From positions 25,344 through 89,343 of the IMG/VR virus record IMGVR_UViG_3300019487_000026: 64,000 nucleotides of DNA; one strand, written 5' to 3'. The DNA is from a virus. A program made the position numbers and the translations under genes. Positions 28,401-36,928 of the stretch are shown here, one piece after another; the first letter of the stretch is position 1, and each line of letters starts with the position of its first letter. The notes below the pieces were generated by a model. The model was given only the letters and a program-made list of their open reading frames with translations. It searched no databases and was not told where the DNA came from.

Positions 28401-29137
28401 ATGAAGACGTTATTGAGACGCTTGTTGATGAAATGGAAGCTGGAATCAAGGACGCCCTTGATGATCCTGATATGAAGGAGGAAGGCTTACGAGATGCGAT
28501 GGACGATGTTGTTGGTGAAGCACTAGAAGATTCCTTGGCATTCTCGTTCCGAAAAGGTCATACGAATAAAGAGGAATTCATGGCAAAGGTACGGCCGTGG
28601 GTTGCTTCTCTTGATGATCGCGTGTTTGGCGGCCTTGTCTCGAAGAAAACCAAGGCACCGACAATGGCAGAGTCGCTGGCTCGATACTTCGAAGGGACCG
28701 ACTTGACGCACATGAGTGACGACGCGAACTTTGCGCACATCAATTTAAGCGCCAATAATGCTCAGTTTGTTGAAGAAGTTAAAGAACTGCTCACAACACG
28801 CTTTACCGATGATGCATCCGTGCAGAAGTATTTGCTTGAAAAAACGCACTCCAAGATCGTTCTTGATAAAGCTGGTCGCCAACTGAAGACCAACCCAGGC
28901 GAAAAGGTTTCCCTCTTTACGAATTTCGTGTATGCTGTCCTTTATACGCTGCACATTCACAATCATCAGTTCGATCGCCTTGTAGCGCTCGGAAAGGCAA
29001 TTTCACAGTCGTTCTCCAACATTGTGAAAACCTTGGAGCAAAAAGGTCGCTTGAGTGCTGACATTAAACGTCAGACTGACCGTGAGGTGACGCGGATCCG
29101 AACAGAAGTACCTGAACTTGTTCAAAGCTTGACGTAA
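25427..29137 (+). CDS. Tandem MoxR-like AAA+ ATPase containing an intein
   Basis: GDPGVGK/T and GPPGIGKT Walker A; FLDE and FFDEINR Walker B; SPRRW and SPREY. Confidence 0.88.
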   Translation: MDKKNQVVKLMGKTMRHMAGRSQGRYKGAGLLLAGDPGVGKAQPLYSKVLTPTGWKTMGEVVIGDDVITPSGDVAKITGVFPQGKKDIYTITFHDGSQTQCCKEHLWKCYYSPYSTQPAEEHIVSTEQLIDLLNTMKNKGYNNNISIPLTTAVEYSTQNYEIDPYVLGALLGDGSLCGSTIRFTSVDREIVERIQTFLPEQMQINNISGSVKEHLIVRKPEFFRTRQESKFVSILKKLELYDKHSHEKFIPDVYKHGSVDQRFALLQGLMDTDGTATTQQGRPSFCSTSYRLARDVQELVWSLGGCASISTTHPTYTYRGEKHQGKTAYVVLIAHPTPKMLFSLSRKKDLCRETHGNDRITLRRRVVSIQQTGYEEAQCILVDHPDHLYITDGYIVTHNTTFVELMSGLLGLPAVIIEIPHITEEHLINIPFIVYNDVDNTTKQGVSQMKPAGQGSDEYELVLAQSNLYTQIMAEKKTPDAEYLKKMKTAPRYVQDMFRFYGGNETTIPPVIHALRSKYENLLFLDEYYRNTSMRIRNILRSLLNRKIGSHPLPKTTYIIYASNMNDAGLEDIPDNHQFKEMEYKTPSKNDWFDWLESNVVHKTGKPLQPEVLQTFRTLLKDEDMSHTDVDTGIRTSPRRWEQLILYVNAALPVDNQAEAKALLTNVRNNFIGFEHGADDKWRHSSIEKKVVKAVAKLIQTTSSITTAPTDVHEMHDWRETLTHQLRMRMRLGDHRKYVPVVSGPPGIGKTTQAEIIATKIANEHGCKFGLRVIDIDIGEIFSEDATGLPLPGRRFEEHGQRQITVKFSFPKLYHQIMTMIKEKDHDFIESLKDEHGDEAPKYIQEYEKQRWKYLIFFDEINRVDENTFNALRRVILEKNFGPAGDAHGSMLKLPKEAIIFAAMNPEGTGTIPLTAHFRDVVDLVPSKGSWQMTRAYLRTLSSGKGNLRDVALNIADAFVDKFKSRDSKYHSQETAFWLDIGTPVYISPREYEDVIETLVDEMEAGIKDALDDPDMKEEGLRDAMDDVVGEALEDSLAFSFRKGHTNKEEFMAKVRPWVASLDDRVFGGLVSKKTKAPTMAESLARYFEGTDLTHMSDDANFAHINLSANNAQFVEEVKELLTTRFTDDASVQKYLLEKTHSKIVLDKAGRQLKTNPGEKVSLFTNFVYAVLYTLHIHNHQFDRLVALGKAISQSFSNIVKTLEQKGRLSADIKRQTDREVTRIRTEVPELVQSLT
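25550..26623 (+). mobile_element. Class 3 intein with LAGLIDADG endonuclease, inserted in the Walker A motif
   Basis: Starts Ala (AQPLYSKV), ends THN/T; HLW, QC and VTHN give the WCT triplet; LGALLGDG and LQGLMDTDG. Confidence 0.9.
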
Positions 29138-29146
29138 GGGTGGATC

Positions 29147-31042
29147 ATGGGACGAGCAGCGTTTGCACGATTTGAGCGGCTGACGGAAGCGTCATCTCCA
29201 CCTTTGTATAGAAAACGTGCCGCGCCTGGCGAGGTCAAGTTCTCTAAGTCTTCGTTCACAGATCCCTTCATTCAAAAAATGCTGACACTGATCGGTGGAG
29301 TGGCAAAAAAGACTCCTGCAGAACTTGAAAAAGAGATTCAGGCGTATATCGACACCGAGCTTGCGCCGGCGGCAAAGAAAGCGCCTCTCTTGTATCATAC
29401 GATGATGGACAATGCTATCGAAGGTGAAGTCTTCAAGAAGTTTGAAGAGATAGCGTACGATAGTGGTGCGCCAACACTCAATCTACCAACGTTTTTGCTT
29501 CTCGTAAACTGGATTGCGGCGGATCACGACGAGGTTTGGCCTCTGCGTGGTTATATCGATCGGCGTCGTCTAGCAAACCCACGCTATACATGGTCAGGAA
29601 CACCACTTGCTGGATGTAATATCGTTCCCCAAAAGGGACGTCCGTATGATTCAATCAAAACTGCTGCGGCAACACCAGGTGGTGAATTTATCTTCAACTT
29701 GCAGTTCGTTCAGAAGTGGCTCGACTGGGCTCATCTGAAAGGTGTTCGCGGGCCAGGCAAGAAATATATGTCCAACGGTGGAAAGATTCCGGACGCATAT
29801 GTGTTTATCGAATTCCTGATCCTTCACGAATTCTTCCACTATTCAAATGATGACTTTTACTACCAGAAGGTCATCCCGAAAGCCAATCCAAAGATTATCA
29901 ACTGGGTTGGGGATTTCCGGTCGAATTATTTTCTTGTGAAGAGTGGTTATCCACAACCACCAATTGGTCTGTTTAATGATTTGATCAATTACGATCGACA
30001 ACCCGATTACGTTACGATGTACAACCTCGTCAAGGAGCAAATGGAAAAGCTCCGAGATCCCGATCTCGAGAAAAAGATCCAAGACATTATGGATGGGATG
30101 TCCGACGATCACGGACCTGGGTCGGAAGAGGGCGAAGAGGCTGAGGTCGATCCAAACACGACTGCAGAAGATCTCGACAAACACGGAAAGCAAGTTCAGG
30201 ACAAAGCTTCCAAGTCCGAAGACACCAGCGCCGAAGAGCGAGAGGCAAAAGAAAAAGAAAACGCAGAGCAGGACCAAAAGGAACGCGAGCGTGCTGAAAA
30301 AGGTCGTCGAGAAAAAGGCGGAAAAGCACAAGGTGTTGACTATTCGAAGATTGCCCCCGACTATAAGTGGGATCAACTCGTCGACCGATTTGTCAAGTCT
30401 TCAAAGATACTGAAACAGTTCAGTTATCGTCGTCCTAGCCGACGAAACGTGACGGGATTAGATGTCCTTCGCCAACAAAAAGCTGCTGCCCTGAAACCAT
30501 CTGAAGTAGCGATGGAACACGTTGATCTAAACTTGTGTTTCGTTCTGGACTGCTCCGGATCGATGCTTGGAAATGTCAAGAAAGTATTCGTCAATGCTCG
30601 ATCGCTTTTGACAGACCGTAAATTTGAAAAGTCTGAGGTGTACGTGTTGAAATTTAGCGATCAACATGAACTATACAAGGGTGTGTTCAAGACGAACAAG
30701 GCGCGAAAGATTGAAGACATTGCAAAAGATCGATTTGGTCCTTACAACACGACGATGGATACCGTGTTTGCGACGGCTCGTGGGGGTGGTACGGAAATTA
30801 ATGCGGCGTCGGCAGCCGATATGGCAACGCTGATGAAGTTAGGCTACAATTGTCTAGTGTGTACCGATACCGATATTTTGTGGGAGCACAACTTAACGTT
30901 GATGATGGATCTTTTCAAGAAATTTCCGCGCCATATGTTTCTAATCATGGTTGATCGTCGCTGCTATATTCAATGGCGCCAAAAAACTGGCATTGCAACA
31001 CCAAATATTTCTCACTTCCCTGGTGGTCGATCCGATTACTAA
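29147..31042 (+). CDS. HEXXH metallopeptidase plus vWA domain protein (MoxR partner)
   Basis: ILHEFFHY; DCSGSM MIDAS; GGGTEI; TDTD. Confidence 0.8.
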   Translation: MGRAAFARFERLTEASSPPLYRKRAAPGEVKFSKSSFTDPFIQKMLTLIGGVAKKTPAELEKEIQAYIDTELAPAAKKAPLLYHTMMDNAIEGEVFKKFEEIAYDSGAPTLNLPTFLLLVNWIAADHDEVWPLRGYIDRRRLANPRYTWSGTPLAGCNIVPQKGRPYDSIKTAAATPGGEFIFNLQFVQKWLDWAHLKGVRGPGKKYMSNGGKIPDAYVFIEFLILHEFFHYSNDDFYYQKVIPKANPKIINWVGDFRSNYFLVKSGYPQPPIGLFNDLINYDRQPDYVTMYNLVKEQMEKLRDPDLEKKIQDIMDGMSDDHGPGSEEGEEAEVDPNTTAEDLDKHGKQVQDKASKSEDTSAEEREAKEKENAEQDQKERERAEKGRREKGGKAQGVDYSKIAPDYKWDQLVDRFVKSSKILKQFSYRRPSRRNVTGLDVLRQQKAAALKPSEVAMEHVDLNLCFVLDCSGSMLGNVKKVFVNARSLLTDRKFEKSEVYVLKFSDQHELYKGVFKTNKARKIEDIAKDRFGPYNTTMDTVFATARGGGTEINAASAADMATLMKLGYNCLVCTDTDILWEHNLTLMMDLFKKFPRHMFLIMVDRRCYIQWRQKTGIATPNISHFPGGRSDY

Positions 31043-31578
31043 AGGTCGGTAGATCGAACGTATTCCATGACCCCTTTACATTCGGGGCATTCTGGAAGTT
31101 TCAACTTACCCTCGAAAGCTCCATGCTTTTTTTGACCGAAAACTTTTGGCTTCAAGCAATCCAAGCAACGATACAAGTGCAGTCGCTTTGCCTGTGAAGG
31201 AGGCATATGGACGTGAACGTCTGTATAAATCTCTGGCTTTACGCCAAACTGTTTCATAATCTGAATCCACTCGATTCCATGTGGCTTGGAGTTTGGATGC
31301 ATGATATTCTGTGCTAGGTGTGCTACTTCGTGTGGTACGATTGTTTCGATGAACTCTTGAGAATCCTGTACAATATAATATGGATTGAAACTGATACGAG
31401 TTTTAACGATTGCCCCTTCCGCATCGCTATACGTGAACGTTTGGGCAGCAACCGTACCTCGTTGTGTGTAATCGATTTCGGGGGAAGGAATTTGAACATC
31501 AAGCAAGGAATTTGCCTTGTTCACCCAGTACGTGGTGTGGTCCTCGATTTTGTCTTTAAGCAATGGATCAATCATCAC
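31039..31578 (-). CDS. SprT-like zinc metalloprotease
   Basis: PHEVAHL, PHGIEW, C-terminal CxxC pairs. Confidence 0.88.
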   Translation of the reverse strand: MMIDPLLKDKIEDHTTYWVNKANSLLDVQIPSPEIDYTQRGTVAAQTFTYSDAEGAIVKTRISFNPYYIVQDSQEFIETIVPHEVAHLAQNIMHPNSKPHGIEWIQIMKQFGVKPEIYTDVHVHMPPSQAKRLHLYRCLDCLKPKVFGQKKHGAFEGKLKLPECPECKGVMEYVRSTDL

Positions 31579-31673
31579 AGTTCTCCCCCTATATTTAGCT
31601 GTTGTTGGTTGACAACCCTTTCCACTTTTGTTTATGCTTGAACACGAAATAGGTTCCGCAAATAGGAGATCTC

Positions 31674-32447
31674 ATGGACGAAGTCAAACGGAAGAAAATT
31701 GAAACACTAGCGAAGTGGGGCATTGCACTCGTTGGTGCTGCGGTGATTGCGCCTGTAATCTTTCTTTCGATTAAAGGTTTAATCGGTCTGATTATTGCTT
31801 TCGTCATCGGTTCAACTGCAATCGCATTTGCTCCGTGGTTTGCGATGAAACTAGCAAACTGGAAAGTTAAGGCTATCATGCACGAGGCACACGAAAGCCC
31901 AATCCCAACCCTGCTGAACCAGGTTCAAGAAAAATACCAAGCCCTCTCTCGATTTAAAGACAGCATCACAAACTTTCGCACGGAAATTGCAAATTTCGAA
32001 GAGAAAGTCAAATTGTTTTCCCAGCAGTATCCAGCAGAGGCTCCAAAGTTTGAGCAACAACTCGAGGGGATGAAACGACTGCTACTCTACCGTGTCGACA
32101 AATACAAAGCCGCCAAGAAACAAACAGAAGAGTTCGAAATGGCTGTGGGTAAGGCTCGTGCACTGTGGGATATGAGTCAGGAAGCACAGCGAATGAACAA
32201 ACTCGCTGGGATGCAAACAGGCGATCCATTTGAGAAGATCAAAACCGAAGTTGCTCTTGAGAGTGTTGTTTCATCCGTAAATCAGGCCTTCAGTGAACTG
32301 GAGACTGCTCTGATGGATGATGACACTGCCAAACAGCTCGCCACTAACCACACAACGGCCCTGGAATACAAACCAGTTCCGGCAACCGAAACAGTTGATT
32401 TTTCGCAACTTCCTGCTCAACCAGCCAAAATCAAGGTGCGTGCGTGA
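31674..32447 (+). CDS. Protein with two TM helices and a long coiled coil (PspA-like)
   Basis: TTGACA-17-TATGCT promoter upstream; AGGAG RBS. Confidence 0.7.
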   Translation: MDEVKRKKIETLAKWGIALVGAAVIAPVIFLSIKGLIGLIIAFVIGSTAIAFAPWFAMKLANWKVKAIMHEAHESPIPTLLNQVQEKYQALSRFKDSITNFRTEIANFEEKVKLFSQQYPAEAPKFEQQLEGMKRLLLYRVDKYKAAKKQTEEFEMAVGKARALWDMSQEAQRMNKLAGMQTGDPFEKIKTEVALESVVSSVNQAFSELETALMDDDTAKQLATNHTTALEYKPVPATETVDFSQLPAQPAKIKVRA

Positions 32448-32596
32448 AATTTCGAATCATTGCTATTGTGATCCTTCTTGTCGTCTTGGGGGGATTAGCA
32501 GTTCTTGTCAGCCAAGACGACAGTAGACCTGTGCCTCAAAGTGCACCATCGTCTAATCCAGATGATTCTGCATTGAAAGGGTTGAGAATTAATTAA
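32444..32596 (+). CDS. Small membrane protein
   Basis: GTG overlapping the upstream stop; hydrophobic N-terminus. Confidence 0.55.
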   Translation: MKFRIIAIVILLVVLGGLAVLVSQDDSRPVPQSAPSSNPDDSALKGLRIN

Positions 32597-32606
32597 AGGA
32601 GATTTT

Positions 32607-33527
32607 ATGAAGAACGTAATCGTAGCACTCATTGCAGCACTTGCTGTGGGTACCGCGTCGGCCCAGCAACTGATCGTTGCTACAGGTAGCGCCGAAGGTA
32701 CTTACTCGAAGCTGTTCAAAGAAATGATTGGTCAGTGTTCGGGATCAGGCCTCTCGATGATTGAGAGAAACTCGACCGGATCGATCGAAAACCTGAACAA
32801 CCTTCTCGGCAACCAAATCAACGCTGCGTTCATCCAAACCGACGTGTTGTTCGCTCGTGCCAATCGCGACGATCTCGGCAACGTCAAAACGCTTGTTGCT
32901 CTTCATCCGGAAGAGGTGCACTTCGTTGCACCTGTAAATTCTGGAATCAAGTCGGGTGGTGTTGTGGGCTTTGGTGGTTCGGCTATCGTGTTTAGCAACA
33001 TTGCCGACCTGCAAAACTACAAAGTTGGTGCAGCTGGTGGTTCGGTTGTCTCTGCAAACCTGATTCGTCTTCAAAGCGAAATTGCTTATCAGGTTGTCGA
33101 GTACGCTGACAACAAGGCCGCTCTGACCGGGCTCGCTGCAGGTGAGATTCAAGCCGTCGTGATGGTTGGTGGTGCTCCGCTTGGTGCTGTTGAAGCGCTT
33201 GGACCGAGCTACAAACTGTTGTCGATCAATGAGTCGACGTACAACAAGCTCAAGGGCGTCTATCGTCAAGCTCGCCTGTCGTACAACAAGCCGAACTCGC
33301 TCAAAGCGGATGGTGTGTCCACGATTGCCACAGACGCGCTTCTCGTCACGAGGGAGTACAAGACCGAGAAATTCATCACCGGTCTTTCGAAGTTCCGCAG
33401 TTGCGTTCTAAATGCCCTTCCTGAGCTCCAAGAAACAACCGGTACCCACCCGAAGTGGCAAACGATCAAGGCCGACAACAAAGGCAAGTGGGCCTGGTAT
33501 GATCTACCAGTGGTCGGAAAGAAATGA
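32607..33527 (+). CDS. TAXI-family TRAP solute-binding protein
   Basis: Signal peptide; VATGSAEGTY, STGSIENL, AFIQTD, LHPEEVH. Confidence 0.85.
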   Translation: MKNVIVALIAALAVGTASAQQLIVATGSAEGTYSKLFKEMIGQCSGSGLSMIERNSTGSIENLNNLLGNQINAAFIQTDVLFARANRDDLGNVKTLVALHPEEVHFVAPVNSGIKSGGVVGFGGSAIVFSNIADLQNYKVGAAGGSVVSANLIRLQSEIAYQVVEYADNKAALTGLAAGEIQAVVMVGGAPLGAVEALGPSYKLLSINESTYNKLKGVYRQARLSYNKPNSLKADGVSTIATDALLVTREYKTEKFITGLSKFRSCVLNALPELQETTGTHPKWQTIKADNKGKWAWYDLPVVGKK

Positions 33528-33901
33528 GCAAAAAGACTACATCGTTAGTAGTGTGGATGGATCCGCGCGACTGTGATCCTCCACACGAAGTTCGAAAGCA
33601 CGAGAGGCTCGAGCCTCTCGTGTATGCTTTTGCAACCGAAGGTTTTGACAAGTCTCGTCCTGCGCTCGTCGGCTACATTCTCAATGGACGCATTCAGTTG
33701 CTCAGTGGAACACACAGACACGCGGCTGCAAAGAAAGTTGGAATTCAGATTCCCGTCACGATCTGGCTAGGATCACAAATTGAAGAGTCCTGGGGTGTTT
33801 CACTCGAGGAGTGGCGAAGAATTATGGAGGACATTCCTGTCTCTGATCTCGAAACGGTTGACCTCGAGTACTTCCGTGAGCATGGATTGGTAGAGAAGTG
33901 A
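33524..33901 (+). CDS. ParB/sulfiredoxin-like domain protein
   Basis: LLSGTHRHAAA. Confidence 0.7.
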   Translation: MSKKTTSLVVWMDPRDCDPPHEVRKHERLEPLVYAFATEGFDKSRPALVGYILNGRIQLLSGTHRHAAAKKVGIQIPVTIWLGSQIEESWGVSLEEWRRIMEDIPVSDLETVDLEYFREHGLVEK

Positions 33902-34055
33902 TTCTTCACCCTGTTTTCTTTTCTGTTGTCTTTCTTTGAACCTCCATATATACTTTCATCCTTGCCTGTTTGAAAGCAGGTTTGGAATTGTTGACCTAGC
34001 ATATAAATAGGTCGATGATGTGTGAACATTGTTTGTTTTGAACGAAGGATTTGAA

Positions 34056-34250
34056 ATGCATAACTCGCAACGACATAGCTGGCGCCAACTGAGCAACTCG
34101 CTCGGGTTGAGCTCCGTCTGCTCAGAGCGAGATTATATGCGCTTTGAACAGCCTAGCAGCGCCCTTCGTGGAGGACCTGGAATCTAAAGTTCTCAAAAAA
34201 GATAGACAAACACGAAGGGCCTTGAGAGAAATCCAAGGCCCTTTTATTTT
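34056..34250 (+). promoter_or_regulatory. Leader peptide (43 aa, 34056-34187) with antiterminator and terminator: putative attenuator upstream of the tRNA array
   Basis: GCCCTTCGTG (34161-70) is the exact reverse complement of CACGAAGGGC (34211-20), which overlaps the terminator stem. Confidence 0.7.
34215..34250 (+). terminator. Intrinsic terminator
   Basis: AAGGGCCTTG-N9-CAAGGCCCTT-TTATTTT. Confidence 0.85.
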
Positions 34251-34425
34251 GGTGTACGTGTTGATGCGGAACGTGACTGCGACCCAACACGCAAAAGATA
34301 GTCGGTCGAATGGGCGGGTGTCCGGATGAAACCGTGGCGGGAACGCGGGAGTACAAAAGGCACTTGCGTATTCGTATGAGTACGCATTTTCTTGATCATT
34401 TCTAAGAGTGATCAAGAAAATCAAT

Positions 34426-34499
34426 GGTGACTCTAGTGTAGTGGTAGCACAATTCGCTGTGAACGAGTTAGCCAGGGTTCAATTCCCGGAGCCACCCCA
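34426..34499 (+). tRNA. tRNA-His(GTG) with encoded G-1
   Basis: Cloverleaf, CCA. Confidence 0.9.
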
Positions 34500-34554
34500 C
34501 AATTGGGTTCAATATAAATACGCCTGTTCGGCGAACCGCCGCAAGGAGAATATA

Positions 34555-34971
34555 ATGAACACCAAAGATCAAGGAAGTCTCGGAGTGCTAGTTGTAATGC
34601 AGCAGGCAGTACAAAAAGGGTATATAGTTTGCGTTCCGTATGGTGATAACCAACGATACGATCTTCTGTTTGATAGAAACGGTCAATACCAACGTGTACA
34701 AGTCAAATATATAACACCCAAAGATGGAAGAATAAAACTAAAGCTCTTCACTGTAATGCATGACAAAAATAGAACCACTGAAAGAAAGTATCGTCGGGTA
34801 AAATATACAGCAAAAGATATTGACTTTTTTGCAATTGTGAACGCAAACACACATGAAGTGTATATGATCCCGTTGAGTGAAATAAATGGGCACTCAGAAA
34901 TGGTACTTCGAACAGACGAAGATTTGCGTAAAAGTAGCAAGGCTCGTCTAGCTAAGAATTATTTGATGTAA
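34555..34971 (+). CDS. PD-(D/E)XK endonuclease (free-standing homing type)
   Basis: PYGDNQRYDLL...RVQVK...Y..KDIDFF. Confidence 0.85.
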   Translation: MNTKDQGSLGVLVVMQQAVQKGYIVCVPYGDNQRYDLLFDRNGQYQRVQVKYITPKDGRIKLKLFTVMHDKNRTTERKYRRVKYTAKDIDFFAIVNANTHEVYMIPLSEINGHSEMVLRTDEDLRKSSKARLAKNYLM

Positions 34972-34977
34972 TAAAAT

Positions 34978-35068
34978 GGAAGGTAAACTGACAAGGCGTC
35001 AGGCTCGTTTGCTAAACGAAGAGAGCGACCTAACGTTGCTTGAGTTTCGATTACTCTGCCTTCCTCCA
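34978..35068 (+). tRNA. tRNA-Ser(GCT)
   Basis: Long variable arm, CCA. Confidence 0.85.
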
Positions 35069-35070
35069 AA

Positions 35071-35122
35071 TATCACCATAGTGAAATTGGAGATCATCTA
35101 ACCCTGCGAAGGTTCGTTTTGG
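35071..35122 (+). pseudogene. Truncated tRNA (5' half, GCG anticodon) upstream of the HNH gene
   Basis: TAGTGAAATTGGAGATCAT D arm and AACC-CTGCGAA-GGTT; no T arm. Confidence 0.55.
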
Positions 35123-35144
35123 TTTCGCAAGCATAAATAGTGAT

Positions 35145-35585
35145 ATGAAAACAAAATATTGTCCTCGTTGTGAAGAAGATAAAGCACTCGCTGAGTTCTC
35201 ACATAAGAACAAAGCGAAAAAGATATTAGCTGATCATTGTAAGGTGTGTGTTCGTTCTTATGCTAAGGAACACTACGAAGCGAACAAGAAACAGTATAAG
35301 GAACGAGCAGCTCGTAATCATCAGAAAACGATAGAGTGGTATCGTAAATTGAAAGAGTCGTTGCAGTGTTGCTGGTGCGGTGAAAAAACTAGTTGTACAT
35401 TAGATTTTCATCACGTGGATGCCAGCAAAGAGTTTGAGATTGGGACGGGCTTTTACAAAGTATCTAGGAAAACATTGATTGCAGAATTAGCAAAATGTGT
35501 GTGCTTGTGTGCGAATTGTCATCGCAAAGTTCATGCTGGATTGATTGATCTTCCAGCACACATAAAGCGCATTACTATAAAGTAA
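35145..35585 (+). CDS. HNH homing endonuclease
   Basis: CPRC, CKVC, LDFHH, LCANCHRKVH. Confidence 0.88.
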   Translation: MKTKYCPRCEEDKALAEFSHKNKAKKILADHCKVCVRSYAKEHYEANKKQYKERAARNHQKTIEWYRKLKESLQCCWCGEKTSCTLDFHHVDASKEFEIGTGFYKVSRKTLIAELAKCVCLCANCHRKVHAGLIDLPAHIKRITIK

Positions 35586-35586
35586 T

Positions 35587-35658
35587 ATCGCGTCCGACGG
35601 ATTCGGGCCTGTGTTTGCGAAACACGGTGAAACCGTTCGACTCGGTTACGCGGTGCCA
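35587..35658 (+). tRNA. Atypical tRNA-Arg(GCG)
   Basis: Acceptor stem, T arm and CCA present; D stem directly follows the acceptor strand. Confidence 0.7.
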
Positions 35659-35667
35659 AAATATAAC

Positions 35668-35741
35668 GGTGGCATGGTGTAATGGTAGCATAGGAGTCTG
35701 TCTAACTCTTGGCAGGGGTTCAATTCCCCTTGTCACCGCCA
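35668..35741 (+). tRNA. tRNA-Asp(GTC)
   Basis: Cloverleaf, CCA. Confidence 0.88.
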
Positions 35742-35742
35742 T

Positions 35743-35829
35743 GGATGACGACTGGCATTGGCGACCAGAGCAGTCTGTAAAACTGTATCCCTTCGGGGAG
35801 ACTAGGTTCGATTCCTAGGTCATCCACCA
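35743..35829 (+). tRNA. tRNA-Tyr(GTA)
   Basis: Long variable arm, CCA. Confidence 0.88.
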
Positions 35830-35859
35830 ATTTTATGGTATGCTGTTGTTTTACCTGTT

Positions 35860-36741
35860 TTGGAGAACAACGTGAACCGTCTTTTACTGCTTGGTTTTAT
35901 GATGTTTTTTGTCTCGAGCGTTTCAGGAAATCAACAATTTGAAACATTTGCTCGACACATGGAACGTGAACATGGTTTCGATAGAAGCGAGATTCATGTT
36001 CTGCTCAAGGGCACGGAACCACTTCAAGACGTGTTGCAAATGTTTCGGCGACCGTCAACTGACAAGTCGTTCGATGAATTTGAACGTTGGTTTATTAATG
36101 AACGTCGAATCAATAATGGTGTAATGTTTTTGATCGAACATCATGACCTGCTCGAACGAGCAGAAAGAGTATACGGAGTACCAGCCCCAATGATTGTCTC
36201 GTTTCTTGGTATCGAAACGAGCTATGGGACGAATATAGGCAAGCACAAGGTGGTTGAGTCACTGATTACGTTGGGCTTCTATGGACATCGTAGGCAAGAA
36301 TATTTCCGCTATGAATTGGAACATTTCCTGGTCACGGCTCGAGAGTTGAATTGGGACCGCAATCAGATCGTTGGATCGTTTGCAGGTGCAATTGGCATTC
36401 CGCAATTTATGCCAAGCAATATTCGTAAGCTTGCTGTCGATTTTGATGGAGATGGTCAGATTGATCTTATCGGAAACAAAGCCGATGCAATTGGTAGTGT
36501 TGGAAATTATCTTCAACAGGCGGGCTGGCGTCGAGGAGAACCAGTAGCAACAAGAATTAAAATCACTGATAAGCGTGGTGGATCATTTGTATTGCGGACC
36601 TTACCTGGTCCAGATCCAGTTCGTTTTCGGATTGAGCATAATTACAAAGTCATCAAACGGTACAATCCGAGCGATAATTATGCAATGACAATTTTCATCC
36701 TTGCTGAAAAAATCAAGGAACGTAGGAAAGGTGAAAACTAA
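35860..36741 (+). CDS. mltB: Lytic murein transglycosylase B-like protein
   Basis: GIETSYG, GSFAGAIG.PQFMPS, VDFDGDGQIDL, YN.S..YA. Confidence 0.9.
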   Translation: MENNVNRLLLLGFMMFFVSSVSGNQQFETFARHMEREHGFDRSEIHVLLKGTEPLQDVLQMFRRPSTDKSFDEFERWFINERRINNGVMFLIEHHDLLERAERVYGVPAPMIVSFLGIETSYGTNIGKHKVVESLITLGFYGHRRQEYFRYELEHFLVTARELNWDRNQIVGSFAGAIGIPQFMPSNIRKLAVDFDGDGQIDLIGNKADAIGSVGNYLQQAGWRRGEPVATRIKITDKRGGSFVLRTLPGPDPVRFRIEHNYKVIKRYNPSDNYAMTIFILAEKIKERRKGEN

Positions 36742-36746
36742 ACAAA

Positions 36747-36821
36747 GGTGGATTGGTGAAATGGCTATCACACGACTCTCATAAGGTTGAGTAAACGGAT
36801 CGTAACCGTTATCCACTACCA
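36747..36821 (+). tRNA. tRNA with CAT anticodon (Met or Ile2)
   Basis: Cloverleaf, CCA. Confidence 0.8.
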
Positions 36822-36844
36822 ACCACGCACGACCAAAAGTATAT

Positions 36845-36920
36845 GTACTGGCATGCAAACTGGCTAGCGAACAGGCTTTCAACCTGTAATTTGCGGGTTC
36901 AATTCCCGTCCAGTACTCCA
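36845..36920 (+). tRNA. tRNA-Glu(TTC)
   Basis: ACAGG-CTTTCAA-CCTGT, CCA. Confidence 0.8.
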
Positions 36921-36928
36921 AATTTTAT

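Noticed and set aside
34555-34971. Group I intron around the PD-(D/E)XK endonuclease
   Set aside because: Flanking tRNAs are complete and there is no room for an intron core.
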